Below, one piece after another: positions 10,118 to 20,590 of a stretch of 64,000 nt of DNA. The translations under genes were made by a program, and so were the position numbers. This DNA is from a candidate division WOR-3 bacterium (lineage in GTDB: Bacteria; Hydrothermota; Tepidihabitantia; Tepidihabitantales; Tepidihabitantaceae). The stretch is taken from positions 18,054 to 82,053 of the forward strand of contig CBFGKH010000010.1 in assembly GCA_965649295.1 (NCBI GenBank), written 5' to 3'. Positions within the stretch are counted from its first letter, which is position 1; every line of letters starts with the position of its first letter. Under the pieces are notes generated by a model. The model searched no databases. It was not told the origin of the DNA and saw only the letters and a program-made list of their open reading frames with translations.

Positions 10118-10526
10118 ACAGCCCGGGCTGGTACGCGGCATCATAATCGGTCATGGCAGCCTGCCGCGAGCGCTGCTCGATGCGGCCGCCGCCATTGTTG
10201 GCAACGCCAGCGACGTCACCGTCATATCCAATGAAGACTGCTCCGCGCCAGAACTGGCCACTCGGCTGAACGAAGCGGTTGCCGACTACGGTACGGACAA
10301 GGTCATCGTTTTCGTTGACATGTTTGGGTCAAGCTGTTCAACGGCTAGTGCCCAGGTGTTACGCAAGCGGACGGACCTGGCCGTCATCTGCGGCGTGAAT
10401 CTACCAATGCTGATACGCTTTCTCAGTTACCGTGGCCGGCTGAGTTTTGATGAACTAGTAAGGGTAATTCAGGAAGCAGGACAGGCAGCCGTTCGGCCGA
10501 TAGTCAACCGTCTGCCTGACGCCTAG
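10104..10526 (+). CDS. PTS mannose/fructose-type EIIA component
   Basis: IIIGHG phospho-His, VFVDMFGSS, GVNLPML. Confidence 0.85.
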   Translation: MIKNEQPGLVRGIIIGHGSLPRALLDAAAAIVGNASDVTVISNEDCSAPELATRLNEAVADYGTDKVIVFVDMFGSSCSTASAQVLRKRTDLAVICGVNLPMLIRFLSYRGRLSFDELVRVIQEAGQAAVRPIVNRLPDA

Positions 10527-13384
10527 AGTTTCTTCGTCAGAGCCCGCTGCCAGACCGACTCGGCCGCCGTTACTTCCAGTCTTACAATCGTGTCGCCACT
10601 ACGGCCAGCAACCGATATCAGACCATCGGCCCGCGTCCGCCCGATTGGCGCATAAGGAATCCGTCCCAGCAATCGTTCAAACGCACTGCGCTGCCTCAAT
10701 CCTACCTCACACAAAAACCGGCTATTCGATTCCGAAAAGAGCAGGAAATCATCGCGACGGAAACGATGCGCACCCGGCACACGGTCCAGCCTGATGCTCG
10801 CACCAATACCACCGCCGATCGCCATTTCCGCTAACGCTACGCCCAGCCCCCCCTCACTAAGGTCGTGACAGGCCCTGACTAGGCCCGCGCGGATGGCCCT
10901 GCCCACCCGCGACATCGCCTGCCGAGCAGGGCCAGGATTGACCCGCGGAACCTCCCGACCTAGCCCTTGATTGATACGAAAGTATTCGCTACCACCCAGC
11001 TCATTGAAGGTCTCGCCGACAATGTAGATGATTGAATCGTTGCTCTTGAAATCGCTCGTTGTCGTCTTGCTTGCGTCTGCAATTACCCCGATTGCCGATA
11101 TCAAGAGCGTTGGTGGAATCGACATTATCGAACCCGAATCGAGCCGAAACTCATTATACAACGAATCCTTACCAGAAATGAACGGCGTCCGAAAGTGCCG
11201 GGCGATGTCATAGCAGGCCTGCGCCGCTCGAACAAGACCACCAAGCAGTTCAGGTTGCTCTGGACTGCCCCAGCAGAAGTTGTCAAGCAGGGCTATTCGG
11301 TCGATGTCGCCGCCCACCGCTACACAATTGCGCAATGCCTCATCAATTGCCGAAGCCGCCATCCAATAGGGGTCAATCAACCCATAACGTGGACAGATAC
11401 CGCAACTGACTATACTGGCGCGACGTGAGTGTGGCAATGGAGTAATTACACAAGCGTCGGTTGGCCCCTTGCTGCCAACGCCACAGAACGGCTTCACGAC
11501 GCTTTGACCCTGCACCTCGTGGTCGTACTGCCGCACCACCCACTCTTTGTTGGCAATATTTGGTGCCTGCAGCAACTGAACTAGCGAATCGGTCAGGTCG
11601 CGGCGGAAAGGAACTGCTGGATCGGCAGTCTCGGGCCGCTGCCAGCGCGCCGTCCTGCTCAAAGCTCGCCAGCCAGTAGCAAGGAACTTCATATCAATGT
11701 CACCGACAAGGTGCCGGCGGAATCGCAGCCTGAGACGGCCATTCCCGGTCAAACGGCCAATGACAGTCGCCTCAACATTGTGTTCACGGCACAACTTTAG
11801 CAGACGACCAACATTACTCCGCTCAACAAAGGCCACCATCCGCTCCTGTGCTTCCGAAATCCAAATCTCTGCTGGCGACAGCCCGACGTACTTCAGCGGC
11901 ACACGATCAAGCCAAACGACACAACCCACGTCTCGCGCCAACTCACCGATGGCGCTGGAAAGGCCACCGCCGCCACAGTCAGTAATCGCGCTGAACAGCC
12001 CCTCGCTACGAGCTGCCAGCACGACATCGAGAACCTTCTTCTCTTCAATCGGATTCCCAATCTGGACCGCTCCCCCCGACATCGAGCTGGTATCATTCCC
12101 CAACCCCAACGACGCGAAAGTAACGCCGTGAATGCCATCACGTCCGGTTCTACCGCCAAAGAGGACTATCGCCTGCCCCTTACGCGGACTCTTTCGGAGC
12201 AGCGACTTCGGAATTAGGCCGACAGTGCCACAAAAAACCAGGGGGTTGCCAACAAAGCCCGGATCAAAATAGACCGCACCATTGGCCGTCGGTATGCCCA
12301 TACGGTTGCCATAGTCACGAACTCCGGCGACAACCCCTTTCATCACCCGTCGCGGATGGAGAGCCCCCTGCGGCACGTCCTCAGGTCGCATGTCCACTGG
12401 GGCGAAACAGAAGACATCGGTGTTCAGAATTGGCTTCGCACCCAAGCCGGTTCCTAAGCAGTCGCGCACAACCCCACCGATGCCAGTTGCCGCTCCACCA
12501 TATGGCTCAAGCGCCGAAGGGTGATTATGGGTCTCAACCTTGAAGCTAAGCCCATAGTCAGCGTCAAACTCAATTACGCCAGAGTTATCCTCAAACACCG
12601 ATAGGCACCACCGCAGTCCCAGTTCCTTGGTCACCCGAAAGATCGTTGACTTGAGTAGATTGCGAATGACGCTATCACCGAAACGTATTCGGCCGCGGAA
12701 CGTCTTATGTTGACAGTGCTCAGACCAGGTTTGGGCAAATGTCTCCAGCTCAACGTCGGTAGGATCACGGCCGATTCGCCGATAGTAACGTTGCAGAGCA
12801 AGCATCTCCTCTCTGCTCAGCGCCAGCATTCCCTTTCGCGAAAGTTCATCAAGCGCTGCCGGCGTCAGGGTTCGTATATTGATAATCGTTTGCCGGAAAC
12901 GGTATTGCCGCGGCTGGACAAAGACCGCTTCGCCTGGCCTAGCAATATGCTGGATCACCGGATTAGCAACCAGCATCCGCACGCTTGGCGCAACTTCATT
13001 TTCACCAAGAGGCCGCTGCCCATCCTTTGCCCGAAAGCTGTAAAGTTTGCCAGTACGTACCCGAACAGTGCTGTAGCCCATGACAGCAAGCGCCCGCACA
13101 ATACTATCGACACTCGGGTCCATTACGCCGGGATTAAAGAGCACCTCGATGCCCCCGCGCCCAGGCCTACCCTGCAATACGGTGAATCGTTCAGTCACGG
13201 GATCACTGAGCAGACTACTCGCAATTCGCAAGACATCACATTCATCCAGCTGCCCCTCAAGGTAGTAAAGCCGGGTGATGCGGACCGCTACAATTGTTCT
13301 AACGTGAAGCTCGCGAATGTCTGCCTCGAGAGCCTTAGCTTCAGGGTCGACGGTCGTCTTATCTACTGCAACGCACCAGAGCAT
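10523..13384 (-). CDS. purL: Phosphoribosylformylglycinamidine synthase PurL with two fused N-terminal PurS-like domains
   Basis: QTWSEHCQHK, KVETHNHPS, DCGGGGLS, SEAQERM, ISGKDSLYN. The N-terminus has two PurS-like segments (DP...LSDPV; GVMDP...VANPV). Confidence 0.93.
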   Translation of the reverse strand: MLWCVAVDKTTVDPEAKALEADIRELHVRTIVAVRITRLYYLEGQLDECDVLRIASSLLSDPVTERFTVLQGRPGRGGIEVLFNPGVMDPSVDSIVRALAVMGYSTVRVRTGKLYSFRAKDGQRPLGENEVAPSVRMLVANPVIQHIARPGEAVFVQPRQYRFRQTIINIRTLTPAALDELSRKGMLALSREEMLALQRYYRRIGRDPTDVELETFAQTWSEHCQHKTFRGRIRFGDSVIRNLLKSTIFRVTKELGLRWCLSVFEDNSGVIEFDADYGLSFKVETHNHPSALEPYGGAATGIGGVVRDCLGTGLGAKPILNTDVFCFAPVDMRPEDVPQGALHPRRVMKGVVAGVRDYGNRMGIPTANGAVYFDPGFVGNPLVFCGTVGLIPKSLLRKSPRKGQAIVLFGGRTGRDGIHGVTFASLGLGNDTSSMSGGAVQIGNPIEEKKVLDVVLAARSEGLFSAITDCGGGGLSSAIGELARDVGCVVWLDRVPLKYVGLSPAEIWISEAQERMVAFVERSNVGRLLKLCREHNVEATVIGRLTGNGRLRLRFRRHLVGDIDMKFLATGWRALSRTARWQRPETADPAVPFRRDLTDSLVQLLQAPNIANKEWVVRQYDHEVQGQSVVKPFCGVGSKGPTDACVITPLPHSRRASIVSCGICPRYGLIDPYWMAASAIDEALRNCVAVGGDIDRIALLDNFCWGSPEQPELLGGLVRAAQACYDIARHFRTPFISGKDSLYNEFRLDSGSIMSIPPTLLISAIGVIADASKTTTSDFKSNDSIIYIVGETFNELGGSEYFRINQGLGREVPRVNPGPARQAMSRVGRAIRAGLVRACHDLSEGGLGVALAEMAIGGGIGASIRLDRVPGAHRFRRDDFLLFSESNSRFLCEVGLRQRSAFERLLGRIPYAPIGRTRADGLISVAGRSGDTIVRLEVTAAESVWQRALTKKL

Positions 13385-13427
13385 TGGCTGTGAACACTAT
13401 TGGCAAGGCCAGAGCATCCACGCCCTG

Positions 13428-13934
13428 CTACTGATTCAAGAGCTTGAAGAGCTCTTGTTCATCGAGCGTGTCTGCTTCGAGGTCAGGCCGGTTCAACGAC
13501 CTAGTGAAAGCAGCGACTGCCTCTTTCGCCCTGTCATAAACAACTTCGCCCGAATCAAGTAGTCTCCGCTTATCTCGAAGCTCTGCTGTACCGTCGATAA
13601 CAACACGGAGCTCAGCAAGCTCTCGCAACAACGAATCGGCGCGAGCCAGAAGTTGGGACTGGTCACTAGCCAAGGCGCCAACCGCTTTCCGGTGGCGAGT
13701 GATCCGACGTTCGAGACTGGCAAGCCTTCGACCGAGTCGATAGACACGACCAGCAATCGCCGTCTTTTCGTCAATCGGTCGTAGTGAAGCTGGGACTGGC
13801 CCCGGTCTGACCTTACTCACATTGCGTAGGACAAGCCAGCCTGCCGGCAAGAAGAAAGCTATTGCTAGTACCAGAAATAGCAGTGGCCAGTTTGGCCGTC
13901 GCTCGTGTCCAGGTTGAGTTTGGCCATCGTCCAC
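13428..13934 (-). CDS. Hypothetical protein with one TM helix and a coiled coil
   Basis: Hydrophobic stretch WPLLFLVLAIAFFLPAGWLVL followed by a charged helical region; TTGACA promoter upstream. Confidence 0.65.
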   Translation of the reverse strand: MDDGQTQPGHERRPNWPLLFLVLAIAFFLPAGWLVLRNVSKVRPGPVPASLRPIDEKTAIAGRVYRLGRRLASLERRITRHRKAVGALASDQSQLLARADSLLRELAELRVVIDGTAELRDKRRLLDSGEVVYDRAKEAVAAFTRSLNRPDLEADTLDEQELFKLLNQ

Positions 13935-14102
13935 AGGGAATTAGACCTAATCCGCGTCCTGCTGTCAAGAAAACGAGCAATATGACAACGGCTCTGTATC
14001 AGCGACACTCAAAGGATTACCGCCGCAGCCGCACTACGCCTACCTAGTCACCACCCTAGACTGCTGTTTAAGGTGAACCAAGACCACAAACAGTGGGCTG
14101 TC

Positions 14103-14723
14103 TCAGTAGCCCCACTGCTCAGTTAGGTAGGTTCTACGACGACACTCCGGGCAAAGGACACGCATTGTGTCCGATCGGTATGGCGCAAACGTGCCTCGGC
14201 GTCCAGTTAGCTCAGTGGTGTTGCCAAGTTCCTGCTGCGCTACCAGCAATAGTGTTGGGTTCGAATTGACAAGGTCACCAACACGCCGACCGATCCAGAG
14301 CAGCTGTTCACGAGTTGCGAATGGCTCGCCACAGACCTCGCAATAGACAATGGTTTTCTCAACGGTCGTTTTCCAGTCGGCGCTGCGCTCAGTTCGCGCC
14401 GTGTCGAACTCGGTCGAATGTCGGATACCCTCACCGGTCGAGCAGTAACGAACACACTGCCCGCAATAGATACAGCGGTCTGCGTGATGGCAGTTGCGCA
14501 GTACCATCTTCTCGCTATCAATCACAATCTCTCGTGCATTGGTCGGGCAGACCTGCACACAGGCTCCACAACCAATGCACTTATCCGGATTGAACTGGAG
14601 AATGCCCCGAAAAGCCGGATCGACTGAATCCACCGCTGCTGGGAACTTAGTTGTGAAAGGCCCGCGTACCACAGCGCTGACCGCCTCAATCAGCTCACGG
14701 ACTTTGGGCAATGGTATCCGCAT
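14103..14723 (-). CDS. NuoI/MbhN-like 2x[4Fe-4S] subunit of the membrane-bound hydrogenase
   Basis: GPFTTKFP...FRG, CIGCGACVQVCP, CIYCGQCVRYC, plus extra CEVC and CPEC pairs. Confidence 0.88.
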   Translation of the reverse strand: MRIPLPKVRELIEAVSAVVRGPFTTKFPAAVDSVDPAFRGILQFNPDKCIGCGACVQVCPTNAREIVIDSEKMVLRNCHHADRCIYCGQCVRYCSTGEGIRHSTEFDTARTERSADWKTTVEKTIVYCEVCGEPFATREQLLWIGRRVGDLVNSNPTLLLVAQQELGNTTELTGRRGTFAPYRSDTMRVLCPECRRRTYLTEQWGY

Positions 14724-14726
14724 CTG

Positions 14727-15074
14727 CTATTCCTCGATAATACTCGGTCGCCCGCGGTCAGCGGTAAACTGATCCTTGACTGTATGCTTCCAGAGCTTGA
14801 CACCAAAGATGAGCGAACCACGTGCCAACGCGTGAGCTGCAATTGGGACCGTGATCAATACGAAGCCAGCGCAGAGCAATGCCTTAATGCCCAAAGCCGT
14901 GAACCCAGATAGCAAAAATACACCGAGCAGAATACCGCACGTACCCAAGGTGACACACTTGGTAGCCGCCTGCATCCGATTGTACAAATCTGGGAATCTG
15001 ACCAGTCCGATACAGCCAAGCAGAGTGAAAGCGACACCAGTGGCGATGGCTGCCCAGCCAAGTACGCTAGTCAT
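14727..15074 (-). CDS. mrpG: Mrp antiporter subunit G (MbhC-like)
   Basis: IGLVRFPDLYNRMQAATK, PIAAHALAR. Start set at ATG 15074. Confidence 0.88.
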   Translation of the reverse strand: MTSVLGWAAIATGVAFTLLGCIGLVRFPDLYNRMQAATKCVTLGTCGILLGVFLLSGFTALGIKALLCAGFVLITVPIAAHALARGSLIFGVKLWKHTVKDQFTADRGRPSIIEE

Positions 15075-15321
15075 CGAGACTCCTTCCTTCCAAGTACTTG
15101 GCCAGCGCCAACGTACCCACAAAGGAGATAACCGCCAGTGCGATTGAAAGGTCCATCAAATAGGACAGCCGGTAACGCAAGGCCATCAAAGCAGTAATAC
15201 TCGTGAAGATAACCGACATAATATCCACTGCTATCGCCCGATCTGGTATGCTCGGCCCTTTGAGAGCACGGTAAAGGCAGAAGAACGCCCCGCCGACAAG
15301 AATCACGACCAGCGTTGTCAT
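15067..15321 (-). CDS. mrpF: Mrp antiporter subunit F (MbhB-like)
   Basis: YRALKGPSIPDRAIAVD, ISFVGTLALAKYLE. GGAGG RBS before ATG 15321. Confidence 0.88.
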   Translation of the reverse strand: MTTLVVILVGGAFFCLYRALKGPSIPDRAIAVDIMSVIFTSITALMALRYRLSYLMDLSIALAVISFVGTLALAKYLEGRSLDD

Positions 15322-15332
15322 ACTCGCCTCCG

Positions 15333-15824
15333 TCAATCGAAAATCCGTTTGAGGAAGAACTCAAACGGCCCTATTATCCGTTTGGCCGCGGCATCCGGGT
15401 CGTCAGTCGTGACTTCGATCCAGTGGATGTACAAGGTGTCCTCTACCAGTTCGACTGACATAGTACCAGGTGTCAGCGTTATTGAGTTAGCTAAGAAGAC
15501 ACGGGCGATATCAGACTTCAACGATGTTTTTATTCGAACAATCCCTGGGCGGAGCTCAAGCCCAGGCGCAAGAACCCGAAGAGCGACGTCAACGTTAGCC
15601 CTGAGGCACTGCCACACAAAAACTGGAACGTAGACAAGTAACCAGAACCATCTAACCGGGTTCAGCAATCTTGCAAGGCCAACTGGGAAAACGTTTCCAA
15701 AGAAGATAGCAGCGAGCACCGCCGCACCGAGTCCGAAGACTAACTCCTGCCAACCAGTACTCCAGACCAGCAACAACCACACTCCAAGACACAGAACTAG
15801 GAGTGCGACCCGGCGCGCAATCAC
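15333..15824 (-). CDS. mrpE: Mrp antiporter subunit E (MbhA-like)
   Basis: LANSITLTPGT, LYIHWI. Confidence 0.9.
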   Translation of the reverse strand: MIARRVALLVLCLGVWLLLVWSTGWQELVFGLGAAVLAAIFFGNVFPVGLARLLNPVRWFWLLVYVPVFVWQCLRANVDVALRVLAPGLELRPGIVRIKTSLKSDIARVFLANSITLTPGTMSVELVEDTLYIHWIEVTTDDPDAAAKRIIGPFEFFLKRIFD

Positions 15825-15827
15825 TTG

Positions 15828-17333
15828 CTAACCTCCCAGCACTCCAACTGCGTAACGAGAACCATCAATGATGGCTTGGGCAGCTGGCCCGATTAGCCAG
15901 TCGAGCAGCGGCTTGAAGCCAACTCCGCCTACTAGCGAAAGCAGGACCAAGAACAACATAGCAGCTACCATTAGCACTGGTGATTCCCTGGCCGGTGTTG
16001 GCTCGGTTCCGGGCCGACTGAAGAAAGCACGGTCGACGACAGTTACAAAATAGCCAAGCGTCACGACCGAAAACACTGCTGCAAAGACAGCAAGCCAGTA
16101 CATTCGCGCATGGATTGCCGCGACGATGATGAACACCTTAGCAAAGAATCCAACAAACGGTGGAACACCAGCAAGTGAAAAGGCTGACAATATGAATGAC
16201 CACGCCGTGAATGGCATTGTTCGCTCAAGGCCACGCAGGCCGCCGATATCGCGGCAACCGGTAGCATCTTGTACCGAACCGGCCGACAGAAACAGCGCAC
16301 CCTTGCCAAGGGCATGGGCCAGAACCAAAAACAATGCACCAACGACACCCCAGTAGTTGCCGATCCCAAGTCCGATAACCACGTAACCAACCTGGCTGAT
16401 GCTCGAGTACGCCAACAATCGCTTCTGGTCGCGCTGAGCGTATGCCAAGACACCTCCGACAACAACTGAAACCACGCCCAGCGCAACAAGCAGATCGAAG
16501 AACTGCGGTGCGCTTACGCGCGTCAGGCCGAAAACGTTGAACATCACTCGGCTCAGCGCATAAACGCCCAGCACTTTAGAAAACACACCGGCTAGCATTG
16601 CCGCGACCGGCGTTGGTGCCGACGGATAGACATCAGGCAGCCAGGCATGGAACGGAACCAGAGCCATCTTTATCGCAAAGCCGAAAACGAGTGTCGCGGC
16701 AATAAGCCAGAACAACGGCGTACGCCCAGCCGCATCAAGAGCCGTAGCGACCACTGCCATGTTCAATGCTGAGACCCGCGCATAGAGAAGCGCTATTGCT
16801 AACAAGATAGCCATCCCGCCGATCTCGCCGAGCACCATGTACTTGAAAGCAGCCTCCAACCCTTCTGCTTCGGTGCTGAAAGCGACGAGCGCGTAGGATG
16901 CAACCGCCGAAATCTCAACAAAGACGAAGAGATTGAACATGTCACCCGAGACCGCGACACCGTTCAAACCTGTCAGCATCAACATGAGCAGCGTATAGAA
17001 CTTCCAGCGTCCTGTGTAACGATCAAGATAGCGCACGGCATAGACAGTCGCGGCCAATCCAACTAGCGTAACTACCAAAACGACTAGTGCAGTGAGGCTG
17101 TCGTACACCAAAGTTATACCAAGATGAGAAGGCCACCCACCCATTCGATACACAACCGGAGCCTCACGGAGAATGACGTCGGATACACCCAAACCGGCAA
17201 GACCGACTAGCACCGCAGCGGCTGCACTGGCGACAACATCTGATCCTCGCGGCCACAACTTAGAAAGCAGGGGAATCAGAAACGCCACCGCCATCGGCAG
17301 CAACACCAAAGTTGGCACATAACGCGGATCCAT
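15828..17333 (-). CDS. mrpD: MrpD/MbhH-like proton-conducting antiporter subunit
   Basis: GDMFNLFVFVE, EAAFKY, KMALVPFHAWLPD, KRLLAYSSISQVGY. Confidence 0.88.
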   Translation of the reverse strand: MDPRYVPTLVLLPMAVAFLIPLLSKLWPRGSDVVASAAAAVLVGLAGLGVSDVILREAPVVYRMGGWPSHLGITLVYDSLTALVVLVVTLVGLAATVYAVRYLDRYTGRWKFYTLLMLMLTGLNGVAVSGDMFNLFVFVEISAVASYALVAFSTEAEGLEAAFKYMVLGEIGGMAILLAIALLYARVSALNMAVVATALDAAGRTPLFWLIAATLVFGFAIKMALVPFHAWLPDVYPSAPTPVAAMLAGVFSKVLGVYALSRVMFNVFGLTRVSAPQFFDLLVALGVVSVVVGGVLAYAQRDQKRLLAYSSISQVGYVVIGLGIGNYWGVVGALFLVLAHALGKGALFLSAGSVQDATGCRDIGGLRGLERTMPFTAWSFILSAFSLAGVPPFVGFFAKVFIIVAAIHARMYWLAVFAAVFSVVTLGYFVTVVDRAFFSRPGTEPTPARESPVLMVAAMLFLVLLSLVGGVGFKPLLDWLIGPAAQAIIDGSRYAVGVLGG

Positions 17334-17336
17334 CAG

Positions 17337-17675
17337 CTAACCCCGCAACTTCCTAATCTCAGCGATATCGAATGTTCGATACTTCTCGTAGATGCGCATC
17401 GCTATGGCTAGCATCAATGCAGTGGTGGCGAGGCCAATGACAATTGATGTTAGTACCAAGGCCTGCGGCAGGGGGTCAACGAAGTTACGAACTGCGCTCG
17501 ACTGCGTGACGATAGGCGGCAGTGCGTCGCGTTTGAACCCCACAAGAGCAAAAAGGAGGTTCACAGCATACTCAATCAGTGTGAAACCGATGACAATCTT
17601 CAACAAGTTGCGTTTGGCAACAACTGTGTACAGCCCGATGAGAAACATGAGCACACAAGCAATTAGTGGTACCAT
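17337..17675 (-). CDS. mrpC: Mrp antiporter subunit C (MbhG-like)
   Basis: NLLKIVIG, VDPLPQALVLTSIVIG. Confidence 0.9.
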   Translation of the reverse strand: MVPLIACVLMFLIGLYTVVAKRNLLKIVIGFTLIEYAVNLLFALVGFKRDALPPIVTQSSAVRNFVDPLPQALVLTSIVIGLATTALMLAIAMRIYEKYRTFDIAEIRKLRG

Positions 17676-17677
17676 GG

Positions 17678-18118
17678 CTAGTCCTTCATGACGAAACGGG
17701 ACGCTCCCAGTGCCAAGAAGATCGCAAGCAGACCCGCACCAACTTTGATTCCGATCGCAATATTAGCTGGCATTATCAAACCACCGGATAGGAGCTGCAA
17801 CGGCTGTCCGATACCGAATACCGGCTTGTTGGAGAAGAACTCGACGCCGACCATGGCCCCGGCTACTGCCAGACCTACGAACGCAAGCCCACCAACGCTC
17901 TCCAGCGCCGACGAGAAGGTGTAGGAACTCTTCTCGACCTTCTCGACCGAACCAAAAGCAAGAGACTCCATTATGAACGCTGCCGCCACAAGCACACCTC
18001 CGGCGAATCCACCGCCCGGAGTCAAGTGACCATGCAAAATTATGTAGCAACCGTAAAGGAAGACGATACCAGCCAGCAGTCTGACGATGACTTGGACAAT
18101 TGTCGACATCCCCCGCAT
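17678..18118 (-). CDS. mrpB: Mrp antiporter subunit B (MbhF-like)
   Basis: HGHLTPGGGFAGG motif. Start set at ATG 18118. Confidence 0.88.
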   Translation of the reverse strand: MRGMSTIVQVIVRLLAGIVFLYGCYIILHGHLTPGGGFAGGVLVAAAFIMESLAFGSVEKVEKSSYTFSSALESVGGLAFVGLAVAGAMVGVEFFSNKPVFGIGQPLQLLSGGLIMPANIAIGIKVGAGLLAIFLALGASRFVMKD

Positions 18119-18119
18119 A

Positions 18120-18662
18120 CTAACTCCTCTCTCCAAGAATGCCGGCTCGCCGGACTACGGTTAGCACGCCCACGACCGCGGTGAAAAGGACTGTCGCCTC
18201 GCCAAGCGTGTCATAGCCACGGAAGTCTAGGATAATTGCCGCAACAACATTCGCCGCGCCTGTCCGCTCGAGTCCAAGAGCAATATACTCTGTAGCAACT
18301 CGCAGCAGTGGACTTCCGAAAGCAGGTAACTCAGCGAAGGCCCTCGCAGCGAGGACAACTAGCAGGATTGCAAAAACGGCATAGGCAGCGGTGGCGCTCA
18401 CCGACTCCCGACGGACGGAACTAGCCACAGTTGAATCGACGCTAGTCGAACGCAGAACAACAGCAGCAAAGAAAACAACCGTGAGGATTTCAACAAGGAT
18501 CTGAACGATCGCCAAATCCGGCGCTTGTAGCAGTATGAACATAATCGCCACACTAAAACCGACGATCCCGAGCGCCACCGCTGCGGCAAGCAGGTCCCTA
18601 ATCTCGATAGCAATGACTCCCGCAACCAGCATCACCGCGAGCAGCACATAGAGCTCAATCAT
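18120..18662 (-). CDS. MbhD/MbhE-like fused subunit (MrpA C-terminal domain, DUF4040-like)
   Basis: LQAPDLAIVQ and NVVAAIILDFRGYDTLGE motifs. Confidence 0.85.
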   Translation of the reverse strand: MIELYVLLAVMLVAGVIAIEIRDLLAAAVALGIVGFSVAIMFILLQAPDLAIVQILVEILTVVFFAAVVLRSTSVDSTVASSVRRESVSATAAYAVFAILLVVLAARAFAELPAFGSPLLRVATEYIALGLERTGAANVVAAIILDFRGYDTLGEATVLFTAVVGVLTVVRRAGILGERS

Positions 18663-18665
18663 CCG

Positions 18666-20570
18666 CTACCTCGCCGCAAGCACAAGATATACTATCAATG
18701 CCCCCAAAAATACCCAACCGACGTACAACGGCAGAATACCAGTATGAATCATAGCAAGTGCCCGCCCAGTAGAGCGAACAAGCCTGCCTGAGGCCGACAC
18801 AATCCAGTTAATGACATCGTGAACTGCCTCACGTAGTACAAGTCCGGCTCCGCGACTGACCGCCACCACCCATGAATATAGATCAAAAGCGCCAGCTTCA
18901 CCGAACCGCAGCAGCTCACTGAGCAATGGTAGCTGCTTCACCGAGGTATAGAACGCCGTCCCCGTCACACGACTCTCCTCGTTGTCGGCGATTGATTCTC
19001 CACCAACGAACGTACGACCAACAATCGGCTTACGCGCTGTCCCCAGCAGGTAAAGGATCGCACCAACGCCTAAAGCTATCACCAGCAGCACTGTCGCCTG
19101 CCGTGGCTCCCACCATCCAGGCAACATCACGCTGAACGGCAGTCCTGGATAGATAAGTGCTGACAACGCCACTGGAAAAGCGAAAACACCAAACAGCACG
19201 CAAGTAGCAGCAAGCAGTACCGGCGGGAGCCACATTGCAAAGCTAACTTCATGCGCCCGAGCCAAAGATGCCGGCCGCTGACCGAAAAAGATAGCGTGCA
19301 GCAACTTCAGAAACGACGCAAGCGTTAAAACACTGCCCAACATTGCCGCTACGAGGTAGAACGGGAAAACGCTGTTGCCTTCCCGCGCCAGCTCAATCAC
19401 CCCCTGATAGACCATCCATTTGGAAACAAAACCATTTAGTGGTGGCATACCCGATATTGCCAGCGCCGCGACTAGGAATGAAAGCATCGTTAGAGGCATC
19501 TTTACTGCCAGCCCGCCAAGTTGATCAATTTCATCTGTCTTCGCGACACTTTCAACCGAACCAGCAGCAAGAAACAACCCTGTCTTGTATATCGAGTTGT
19601 TGAGCATATGAAACAGCCCCCCAGCGATACCCACCGGGACACCGGTACCGATCCCCAACACCATGTAGCCGACTTGAGACACAGCATGGAATGAGAGCAA
19701 GCGCATTACCCGTTTCTGAACTAAAGCCATCAGCACGGCACCAAGGATCGTCACTGAACCAGTAACCATCAGCAGGGTGCGAACAGTCTGGTTGGTTGCA
19801 ATGTCAAACAAACTAGTCGATATCCGAACAAGAAGGTATATACCAAGCAGCTTGTCAAGGGATGCTGGAATGAACGCCATCACCGTGGCGGGTGACGATT
19901 CTGATGCCTTGGGAATCCAAGAATGGAATGGCATCGAACCTGCCTTGGCAAGCGCCCCCACCGCAACCAGCAAATAGGCAAGGACTGTTAGCGGTTCAAG
20001 TAACGGCCAAGGAGCTATCGGCATTAAGTCAATCCAATCGTGAACAATGAGCAATACCACACCCAACAGCATAGCGAAGTCAGATAACCCAATTACCACC
20101 AGTGCCTTTGCTGCTGCTTGGCTGGCACCAGCGCGTCCGCTCAGTAGCAATCCGTAGGTTACGGCAAGCAGAGAACCCCAGAAGAAGAGTAACACCGGCA
20201 GATTGGCCGAAGCCAATACTCCATTTGCGCAGGCAAGTGCCAACAACATGAAGAGGAAGTGATTGCTGGCCTTAGGCTCACCACGAAGGTACCGCAAAGA
20301 ATAGGTAAGTATCAGCACAGCGAAGATAGCAACGAACAACAACACAAAGCCTGACAAAGCGTCGAGTCGGAACGACAGCGGCAGACCACTGAGCCAACCG
20401 ATATCGTACACTACGATCGTAGTCCGCGTCTTGATGAAAAGCAGCACCGCATAGAACAGCGATGCAACTGTCCCGATGAAGCAGAATTCGTTGCGCAGAC
20501 GCCGCACAACGAAACCAGCCACCCCAGCAGCGGCCGGAACCAGTAACAACATCAATATCGGGTGCGGCAT
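18666..20570 (-). CDS. NuoL/MrpA/HyfB-like antiporter subunit
   Basis: AKAGSMPFHSWIP, RLLSFHAVSQVGY, PPLNGFVSKW, long C-terminal extension. Confidence 0.85.
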   Translation of the reverse strand: MPHPILMLLLVPAAAGVAGFVVRRLRNEFCFIGTVASLFYAVLLFIKTRTTIVVYDIGWLSGLPLSFRLDALSGFVLLFVAIFAVLILTYSLRYLRGEPKASNHFLFMLLALACANGVLASANLPVLLFFWGSLLAVTYGLLLSGRAGASQAAAKALVVIGLSDFAMLLGVVLLIVHDWIDLMPIAPWPLLEPLTVLAYLLVAVGALAKAGSMPFHSWIPKASESSPATVMAFIPASLDKLLGIYLLVRISTSLFDIATNQTVRTLLMVTGSVTILGAVLMALVQKRVMRLLSFHAVSQVGYMVLGIGTGVPVGIAGGLFHMLNNSIYKTGLFLAAGSVESVAKTDEIDQLGGLAVKMPLTMLSFLVAALAISGMPPLNGFVSKWMVYQGVIELAREGNSVFPFYLVAAMLGSVLTLASFLKLLHAIFFGQRPASLARAHEVSFAMWLPPVLLAATCVLFGVFAFPVALSALIYPGLPFSVMLPGWWEPRQATVLLVIALGVGAILYLLGTARKPIVGRTFVGGESIADNEESRVTGTAFYTSVKQLPLLSELLRFGEAGAFDLYSWVVAVSRGAGLVLREAVHDVINWIVSASGRLVRSTGRALAMIHTGILPLYVGWVFLGALIVYLVLAAR

Positions 20571-20590
20571 AGACTATGACTCGCTTTCGT

